DNA from: Dehalococcoidia bacterium
Lineage (GTDB): Bacteria; Chloroflexota; Dehalococcoidia; Lucifugimonadales; Australimonadaceae
DNA: 64,000 nt
Direction: 5' to 3'
Assembly: GCA_965116015.1 (NCBI GenBank)
Contig: OZ220477.1
Coordinates: 711,940 to 775,939, forward strand
Part shown: positions 57,399 to 64,000 of the stretch, in pieces
Position numbering within the stretch: the first letter of the stretch is position 1
How the letters are laid out: every line of letters starts with the position of its first letter
Notes under the pieces: model-generated
What the model was told of the DNA's origin: nothing
What the model saw: the letters and a program-made list of their open reading frames with translations, nothing else
Database searches by the model: none
Made by a program: the position numbers and the translations under genes

Positions 57399-57694
57399 CC
57401 CCACCCCCGCGAGGCGCTCGGCTACCTGACCCATCCCAGCGGGAGTGGGAGCGGGCTGCCCCACGCCCGCGAGGCGCCCGGAGATTCACGACGCAAGGGT
57501 AGGGTAGGAAGCCGCCCCTCGCCCCGTGAGGCTCTCTCCACAACCCAAGTATTCATCGCCCCCCGACGGCCGCCGCCCCTTCGCCGCGAATCGCCTCCTG
57601 CGCCATCCGTCCCGCGCAAGCGGGAATCTCCAGACCGAACCCGAGCGCGTGCTTGTACTGCTCACCTCGCCCCCGCGCAAGCGGGAACCTCCAC
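57399..57694 (+). CRISPR. Decayed (fossil) CRISPR-like array: about six degenerate I-E-like units
   Basis: The best pair is catccgtCCCGCGCAAGCGGGaatctccag (57604) and cctcgccCCCGCGCAAGCGGGaacctccac (57665), 61 nt apart. Weaker units at 57401, 57461, 57517 and 57578 share c.tcgcc / cccgcg / ctcca ends, with spacings of 60, 56, 61, 26 and 61. Confidence 0.35.
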
Positions 57695-57775
57695 GCTGCC
57701 CGCCTCTACCCCCTTACGCGCACGCTGACCCCCGACGCCCTGAATCCCAAGCGCCGGCGCAGAACAGCCGACCGG

Positions 57776-58336
57776 CTACCCAGTGAACGTCCGCCGGAAA
57801 CGCAGCAGATTCTCCTCCGCCGCCACAACCGGACGACGCGCCCTCCCCCCAGGCTCCTCAACCAGCGCATGAATGAACCACGGACCATCCTCGCGCATCG
57901 CCTCGTCCAGCGCCTCCTCGAACTCCTCCACCGTCGACGCCCTCCTCGTCTTCCCGATCCCGCACCCCTCCGCCACACGCAACAGATCCGTCCCCGTCGA
58001 CGTATGCGTCGGCTGTCCCCCAGTCTCATGCCACATCCCGTTATCCCACACAATATGCACAAGATTCACCGGCGACTGACGCGCAATCGTCGCCAGCGAC
58101 CCCAGATTCATCAACAACGAACCATCCCCATCCGTAACAAACACCCGCCTGTCCGGCGACGCAAGCGCCACCCCCAAACCGATCGACGACACCAGCCCCA
58201 TAGCCCCCCACGTATAGAAATTCGCATCCCGATCCCCCAACTCATGCAACTCGAACGTCGACTGACCCAGATTCGCGATAACCGGCTCATCCCCCAACCG
58301 CCCCAACAGCGCCCTTATCCCCTCACGACGCAGCAC
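57776..58336 (-). CDS. TPP-dependent decarboxylase, beta subunit (sulfopyruvate/phosphonopyruvate decarboxylase family)
   Basis: TPP-binding GDGSLLMNLGSL...N motif. 186 aa. Confidence 0.7.
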   Translation of the reverse strand: MLRREGIRALLGRLGDEPVIANLGQSTFELHELGDRDANFYTWGAMGLVSSIGLGVALASPDRRVFVTDGDGSLLMNLGSLATIARQSPVNLVHIVWDNGMWHETGGQPTHTSTGTDLLRVAEGCGIGKTRRASTVEEFEEALDEAMREDGPWFIHALVEEPGGRARRPVVAAEENLLRFRRTFTG

Positions 58337-58835
58337 GTTTCGCCCCCGTCAACTGCGAAAACCACAACACCGCCACCGGCATCCTGCTCGCATAACTCAA
58401 CTCAATAGCCCCATCCACATAACCCTCCACCTCATCCTCCCGCTCCGGCGCATAATGCTGAATCCCAAGCGAATCCAGAATCGCCGGAATCGGACGCGCC
58501 GACGGAGTCTGCACCGCATTGAACTCCCCAAGCCCCCCGCGCATCCCGATGAACAACGGAACCGGAATCCGGTGCGCCGTCAGCAACTGCGTCAGCGCAT
58601 TCACCGTATTCCCGAAACCGCTGCTCTGCAGAAACACCGCTGCCCTCTTCCCGCCCGCATAAACCCCCGCCGCCACACCCACCGCCTCCTCCTCCCGCGT
58701 CGAAGCCACCACCGTGAACGCCGGATCCCCCTCCAGCTTCGCAAGCACATTCCAATTGATCGCATCCGGCACATACGCCGAAAACAGCACATCATGCCGC
58801 CGCAAACTCTCAACCACCGCATCCGCCCAACTCAT
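58323..58835 (-). CDS. TPP-dependent decarboxylase, alpha subunit (sulfopyruvate/phosphonopyruvate decarboxylase family)
   Basis: Pyrimidine-binding half: VPDAINWNV, REEEAVGVAAG, QSSGFGN. Start taken at MSWADAVV. 14-nt overlap with the beta subunit. Confidence 0.65.
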   Translation of the reverse strand: MSWADAVVESLRRHDVLFSAYVPDAINWNVLAKLEGDPAFTVVASTREEEAVGVAAGVYAGGKRAAVFLQSSGFGNTVNALTQLLTAHRIPVPLFIGMRGGLGEFNAVQTPSARPIPAILDSLGIQHYAPEREDEVEGYVDGAIELSYASRMPVAVLWFSQLTGAKRAAS

Positions 58836-59223
58836 GCCCGCAGTATACCCCCCAAACCCCATCCTCGCCCTCAACCCTCGCTCCCCATCCCTTGCCCTAC
58901 GACCTCTCCCACCCCCACCCCCCTGTCCCCGCGCAATGGGTCATGGCGGAAACCAGCCTCGCGCGAGACAAAGGGATTCCCGCCATGAACCTCTCGCCGA
59001 TGCCTCTCCGGACGCGCGCTCCTCTGCGACGACAACATCAACGCCCTCAGAGACCTCCCCGAAAACCCCATCCTTCAAGCGCCGTCGCACGCGAAATCCC
59101 AGCCCCCAAAAACGCGCGAGCCTAACCCTCCCCGCGCATCCCCCGCACAGAAAACGGAAGGCTGCGCAACTGCGCAGCCTCCGCATCCCATCCTCAGCGC
59201 GCCTGCGCGCCCAAACTCTCGCC

Positions 59224-59706
59224 CTACTCCGCGCTCTTCGAGCCGCGCTCCCAAACCCCCTGCGCCACAATCACCAGCCACGACACCCCAACAACCCCAA
59301 AGTACGTCGTATGCCAGATCAGCGGCGTCGGACGCGCAGCCGTAACAACATTCGAGAACGCGAACACCGCAAAGATAATCGCGCTCACGAACAACCCCAA
59401 CAGAATCCACGGCTGACGCGCCGCAGACCCCGTCCTCATAAAGAACTGAATCAGCGCCCACGTAAACACCAAACCCACCAGCAGCTCAACCACCCCCGTG
59501 AAATAGAACGCGAAATCCCCCAAACCCGTCCCCCAACCCATCTTGTCCAGCGTCGCCGCAAACGGATTCATATCCCCCTTCTCCGCAAACCGCACCCCGA
59601 TATTCACCCCAGGAATCAGCTTCGCCAACCCGTTCGCCAGCCAGAACAACATCCAGAAAATCACCGTCGCAAGCTCCAGCGAACCCACCCTCCTCACATA
59701 GTCCAT
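59224..59706 (-). CDS. Hypothetical integral membrane protein (4-5 TM helices)
   Basis: Hydrophobic profile. Start at MDYVRRVG. No family recognised. Confidence 0.4.
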   Translation of the reverse strand: MDYVRRVGSLELATVIFWMLFWLANGLAKLIPGVNIGVRFAEKGDMNPFAATLDKMGWGTGLGDFAFYFTGVVELLVGLVFTWALIQFFMRTGSAARQPWILLGLFVSAIIFAVFAFSNVVTAARPTPLIWHTTYFGVVGVSWLVIVAQGVWERGSKSAE

Positions 59707-59897
59707 AACGCAGCCTCCTTCCCATGCGCATAACCCGCGCGTGTAATCCAAGCGCAGCGAATATACCAGCGCCGTCAACCCCTCACGAAAGACCCCCCTC
59801 TACGCCCCCGCTCCCTCCCCAAAGAACCCGCGAACCCCCCTCCCAGCGCCTCCGGCCAGCCAAACTCCCCGCCTCTCCGACCAGCCCCTCCCCCCGA

Positions 59898-60854
59898 CTA
59901 ACCAGCCTCGAACGCCTTCCGCAACTCCGAACCCGCCTCCGCTATCGCCGTCCACGTCTGATCGAACGGCGCCCCCGCATTGAAAAACCCGTGAATCATC
60001 CCCTCATACCGCGTAACCCGCGCCGGAACCCCCGCCGACCGCAGAAGCTCCCCATACTCCTCGCCCTCATCCCGCAGCGGATCAAACTCCGCCGTCAGCA
60101 CATACGCCGGAGGCAACCCCGACAGATCCCCCGCAACGCTCGGAACCGCATACCCGCTCCCCGCATCATCACCCCGCGCATAACAATCCCAGAAATACGC
60201 CATCGTCTCCAGATCCAAACCGTAACCCGCACCATTCTCCCGATACGACGCCCGACCAAAATCCCGCGACGTAACCGGATAAATCAACGACTGATGCGCC
60301 AACCGCGGACCTCCCCGATCGCGCGCCAGCAGCGCAACCGCCGCCGCAAGATTGCCCCCCGCGCTTGCCCCCGCCACCGCAAGCCTCGACCCATCGCCTC
60401 CCAGCTCCCCCGCATTCTCCTGCGCCCAAACCGTCGCCGCATAACAATCGTCCAGCGGAATCGGAAACGGATGCTCCGGCGACAACCGATACCCCACCGA
60501 CGCCACAATACTCCCCGACGCATTCGCCAGCGCACGGCACGTCGCATCATTCGTCTCGATATTCCCCACCACCCAACCGCCCCCATGAAACCACATCGTA
60601 ACCGGCAAGACAGCCCCTCCCCCGGCGGCCAGCTCTCCCTCAACCGCGCCCCCGCCTGCCGGAACATACACCCGCACCGGAACATCCCCATGCGGACCCG
60701 GAACCAACCGATCCTCCACCCGCGCCACCTCCGGCCCCGCCACCCTCGGCGCCGCCGCCTGCAGCGCCCGAGCCTCCGCCGGACTCACCTCATGCGGCCG
60801 AGGCGTCCCCGCCCGCTGCGCCAGCGACTCCGCCGCCTGTGGATCAAGACCCAT
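59898..60854 (-). CDS. Alpha/beta hydrolase, hormone-sensitive-lipase-type esterase
   Basis: Oxyanion motif HGGGW, nucleophile elbow GASAGG, C-terminal HGF. Start taken at MGLDPQAA. Confidence 0.8.
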   Translation of the reverse strand: MGLDPQAAESLAQRAGTPRPHEVSPAEARALQAAAPRVAGPEVARVEDRLVPGPHGDVPVRVYVPAGGGAVEGELAAGGGAVLPVTMWFHGGGWVVGNIETNDATCRALANASGSIVASVGYRLSPEHPFPIPLDDCYAATVWAQENAGELGGDGSRLAVAGASAGGNLAAAVALLARDRGGPRLAHQSLIYPVTSRDFGRASYRENGAGYGLDLETMAYFWDCYARGDDAGSGYAVPSVAGDLSGLPPAYVLTAEFDPLRDEGEEYGELLRSAGVPARVTRYEGMIHGFFNAGAPFDQTWTAIAEAGSELRKAFEAG

Positions 60855-60934
60855 CTCGCCCTCCCAACCCCCAGAATCCCCCCGATTATACCCACCCCCC
60901 CGCCAACCCGCCCCGCGACCCCTCGACCCCGCTC

Positions 60935-63832
60935 CTACGCCCGAACCTCGCCCTCCTCTCCCCATGGCCCCATCCACCACTCCAACCTCCCGCCCGCATT
61001 CTCATACGCCTCGCGATCCGTCGTCACCCTCCGCGTAGACCCCCACGGACTCGTCACATCCCAATGCTTCCCCCCTCTCCCTGCCGCCGTCCAGCCGGCG
61101 GGCAGCAGCCCCGGCTCGCGCAAAGGCCGCTCCAGATCCTCCAGCCCCACCTTCGGACGCAGAGGCTCCTCTGGCCCCTCCCAATCCGCGTTCAGCCGGT
61201 TGATATCGAACACAGACCGCTGCATCTCCTCCAGACGCTCCAGCTCAGCCTCAGCATCCCTCTCATCCCGGATAATCCCCTGAATCCCCGCCGCAATGAT
61301 CGGCGGGTACTCCCCCACATTCTTCGTTATGCTCTCGAAACGCCGCGCAAGAGCCTCATACGCGTCATGCTCCGCCGTCCCCGCATAGAACAGATTCACC
61401 ACATCCACCACCTCACGCTCCTGACCGATACGATCAATCCGACCCGCCCGCTGCTCCAGCGTCATCGGATTCCACGGAATATCGTAATTCACCACCGCCG
61501 AACAGAACTGCAGATTCAACGACTCCGACGCCGTCTCCGTGCACAGAAGAACCCCGCCCTCCTCCCTCCTGAACGCCTCCAGACGCTCCCCCCGATCCCC
61601 CAAACCCCCATCCCCGCCGTAAAGCTCAACAACGTGCCGCCCAGACCCCCGCAGATGCTCCCCCAGCCACCGCTGCGTATCCCGGAACTGCGTGAACAAC
61701 AGAATATGCCGGTGCCCCTTCCCCCCAAGCTCATCCAGAACGCCACCCAAACGCTCCCGCTTGCTATCCCTCTCCGACAACCTCTCAGCCGCCTCCGCCG
61801 CCTCAAGCAACCCCCCAGGATCCGATGCCGACCCCAACCTCCCCGCCTCGCTCTCCGCAACCTCATCCAGATCAGCATCGTCCAGCAGAGCAGCCCACTC
61901 GTCAGAATCCAGAAGCAACCCCGACTCGTCCGACTCCCCCCGACCCGCCACATTCCGCAACGTCTGCGCGTACGCAACCAGCGACGACCCCATCCGCTTC
62001 CGGAAAATCGTCGTGATAAACCCCAACGCCTGACCCGTGATCCCACGGCTCCCGTAACGCTGCTCCACCAACGGCTTGATCCCCTCGTACAGACCCCGCT
62101 CCTCCGCCGTCATCTCTATCGTCACGTCCCCCGCCCGACGATGAGGCACAGGAGCGTCCAGCAAACCCCGGCTCCGATACTCCCGCAGCAACTTCCGCGT
62201 ATGACGGCTCATCAACCGACGCCCCGGAGCATCCCGCTCCATCGCCCTCGCCGACCTCTCACGCTCCCCAGCATCCGCCAGCCGGCGCGCGATATAGTCA
62301 TCGTTGTCGCTATCAAGCAGGAAATCCCCCGACCCCAACTCCGACTCTAACCCCGACGCCCTCCGCCACAACTCCCGACGCCGCTTCCAACGCCCAACAT
62401 CAACCCCCCCATCCCCAGACTCCCCCTCATAGAACTGACGATACTCCTCCGAACCCCAACCCTCCGGCTCAAGCAACTCCAGCAATCCCCACAACTCCGC
62501 CTCATTCAGCTGCATCGGCGTCGCCGTCAGCAACAGCAACTCCCGAGTCCTCCGCGACAGCTCCCGCAACAACTTCAGATACTGATTAGGCTGACGCCGA
62601 GCATCGATATCCACATCCCGGAACCGCGCCCGATGCGCCTCATCCACAATAACAATGTCATACTCCCCGCACGTCGCCAGAAACTGCTCCGAATTCCGAA
62701 CCAGCCACTGATGACCCGCTATCCCCAGCGGAACCCCAACCCACGGAGGATCCCCCGAACCCTCGCTCCGACCATCCCGATACGAAAGACCCCGCGCGTC
62801 AACGATCGGCGCCTCAATCGCAAACTTCATCTTCAACTCGCTCTGCCACTGCTTCCCCGCAGCCTTCGGAGCAATCACCAGAGCCCGCCCCGCACGCCCC
62901 TGATTCAACCGCGTCCGCAGAACAACCCCCGCCTGCAACGTCTTCCCCAAACCCACCTCGTCCGCGATCAACCGCCGCGCCGCAGCAGCCCCCACATTCG
63001 CCCGCCGGAACCGCTCCTGATGCGGCCACAGCCTCGCCGGCATCGTCGCCGCCGTACTGTCCGCATCGCTCGCCAGACCCTCCCGGATCCGCCGCCAGTA
63101 CTCCTCAGCCTCGCCATCCTCCGCCCCGTAATCCTCCCCAACCTCCCGGATAACCCCCGGAGGCGACTGCGGAGCCTGCGACGCAATGTACTCCCGGAAA
63201 TGCGCCGGCAGATCGATCACCCTCACCCCCGACGCCGCGTTCTCCCACAACAACCGAAACTCCCGCTCCGCACCCTCCAGATGCTCCAGAGTCCCCCAGC
63301 TCGTATACACATGAACCGACTCCCAATTCGCCTCCCACGAATGCCGCGTCTCATTCACGCTCCCCGTAAACGCCGCCCGATTCCCCCACGCATCCTCCAC
63401 GATCCCGCTCTTCGCGTGAAAGCTGTCCTCCCCCCGAATCGCAACCTTCACCTCCATCAACCCGTTCGCCACAAGCCAGTACGCCAGACCCAAAGGAGTG
63501 CGCCCCGCGATATCCTCCGCCTCCGTCAGACGCAGATCCTCCAGACTCACCGCCTCGCGCAGAACCGCCTCCCCATCCACCTGATTCCGATACAGCGCCT
63601 CCAGCGTCTCCCGATTCACCGCATGATCGCACACCACCCGTATCCGGCCGCCGTTCCGAACCAAACCCGCCGTACCCTCAGCCGCCGCCCTCAAACCGCT
63701 CGCGCTGAACGTATACGTCGTCCGATCGTACCGAACCGCCTCCCCCAGCAACGGCTCATACAACCCCGCCACCAGATCCGGACAATCGCCATGGTTGTAA
63801 ACCGCCCGCAACCCAATATCACTCAGCGCCAT
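60935..63832 (-). CDS. PLD-like nuclease domain fused to an SNF2-family helicase (965 aa)
   Basis: N-terminal single HKD-type motif FHAKSGIVED...GSVNET. SNF2 motifs LWPHQ, DEVGLGKT, VIVDEAHR, LLLTATPMQ. Helicase-C motifs VLLCTETASESLNLQ and NPMTLEQRAGRIDRIGQ. Confidence 0.8.
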   Translation of the reverse strand: MALSDIGLRAVYNHGDCPDLVAGLYEPLLGEAVRYDRTTYTFSASGLRAAAEGTAGLVRNGGRIRVVCDHAVNRETLEALYRNQVDGEAVLREAVSLEDLRLTEAEDIAGRTPLGLAYWLVANGLMEVKVAIRGEDSFHAKSGIVEDAWGNRAAFTGSVNETRHSWEANWESVHVYTSWGTLEHLEGAEREFRLLWENAASGVRVIDLPAHFREYIASQAPQSPPGVIREVGEDYGAEDGEAEEYWRRIREGLASDADSTAATMPARLWPHQERFRRANVGAAAARRLIADEVGLGKTLQAGVVLRTRLNQGRAGRALVIAPKAAGKQWQSELKMKFAIEAPIVDARGLSYRDGRSEGSGDPPWVGVPLGIAGHQWLVRNSEQFLATCGEYDIVIVDEAHRARFRDVDIDARRQPNQYLKLLRELSRRTRELLLLTATPMQLNEAELWGLLELLEPEGWGSEEYRQFYEGESGDGGVDVGRWKRRRELWRRASGLESELGSGDFLLDSDNDDYIARRLADAGERERSARAMERDAPGRRLMSRHTRKLLREYRSRGLLDAPVPHRRAGDVTIEMTAEERGLYEGIKPLVEQRYGSRGITGQALGFITTIFRKRMGSSLVAYAQTLRNVAGRGESDESGLLLDSDEWAALLDDADLDEVAESEAGRLGSASDPGGLLEAAEAAERLSERDSKRERLGGVLDELGGKGHRHILLFTQFRDTQRWLGEHLRGSGRHVVELYGGDGGLGDRGERLEAFRREEGGVLLCTETASESLNLQFCSAVVNYDIPWNPMTLEQRAGRIDRIGQEREVVDVVNLFYAGTAEHDAYEALARRFESITKNVGEYPPIIAAGIQGIIRDERDAEAELERLEEMQRSVFDINRLNADWEGPEEPLRPKVGLEDLERPLREPGLLPAGWTAAGRGGKHWDVTSPWGSTRRVTTDREAYENAGGRLEWWMGPWGEEGEVRA

Positions 63833-64000
63833 CCGACTCTCCTCCCTCGCTTTCCCCTCCTTCGCTCACTGCTACCGCCCTAGCGCTCCCCCCGTCCAAC
63901 CCGGGCAGGCGAGGCTGCACCCCCGCCGGACGCGGAGGCTCCTCCCCATACAGCCCCTCCCACAGATTCCGCTGTGCCTCATAATCATCATGACCCGGCT
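63819..64000 (-). CDS. 3' end of an unidentified ORF that runs off the right edge and overlaps the helicase start by 14 nt
   Basis: My reverse-strand translation is ...PGHDDYEAQRNLWEGLYGEEPPRPAGVQPRLPGLDGGSARAVAVSEGGESEGGESDGAE*. G/T-ending codon usage matches the other - strand genes. It has no start inside the window, so it is missing from the ORF track. Confidence 0.35.
   Translation of the reverse strand, partial: PGHDDYEAQRNLWEGLYGEEPPRPAGVQPRLPGLDGGSARAVAVSEGGESEGGESDGAE

Noticed and set aside
1-64000. Looked for rRNA and tRNA genes and for transposase or integrase genes that could explain the islands.
   Set aside because: I recognised no cloverleaf-like tRNA signature, no rRNA-conserved block, and no transposase or integrase motif. 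This check was by eye only, so tRNAscan-SE, Infernal and ISfinder-type searches should confirm it.

Overview
High-GC bacterial chromosomal window (about 64% G+C in the lines I hand-counted). Most of it is housekeeping and central metabolism, with several small accessory insertions. Gene content suggests Terrabacteria (Chloroflexota or Actinomycetota-like), but this is a low-confidence guess. Core genes: guaA, tsaC-like, pgk, tpiA, miaA; a partial protocatechuate/gallate lower-pathway set (RraA-type aldolase, PrpF/GalD-type isomerase, LigI-type lactonase); NfeD-SPFH; an LprG-like lipoprotein with an MFS pump; two pentose-phosphate blocks (tkt-pgi-zwf on +, rpiB-tal-gnd-pgl plus glmS on -); a Mo-hydroxylase with DM13 and qor; a four-gene ABC transporter; icmF; an ECF sigma/anti-sigma pair; lgt; a cyclophilin; and a type II glutamine synthetase. 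Accessory or unusual content: (1) a toxin-antitoxin-like island at 23.7-27.2 kb, with a Panacea-domain operon followed by an array of DUF4258-type toxin cassettes (two intact, two decayed) that reuse a ~240-nt conserved leader and 31-32-nt GC palindromes; (2) an orphan five-repeat CRISPR array at 37.5 kb and a fossil CRISPR-like array at 57.4-57.7 kb, with no cas genes in the window; (3) a PLD-SNF2 helicase fusion at 60.9-63.8 kb, overlapped by an upstream ORF that runs off the right edge; (4) a low-GC single-gene T5orf172/GIY-YIG island inside the aromatic-catabolism cluster; (5) five separate 2-3-copy tandem repeats of 83-124 bp, two of which duplicate the 3' ends of genes. The + strand carries about twice as much C as G whatever the gene orientation, so the ORF track contains many long spurious Arg/Pro-rich ORFs. 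I saw no rRNA or tRNA gene, but I cannot run a covariance search. All family calls come from motif recognition by eye, not database searches.
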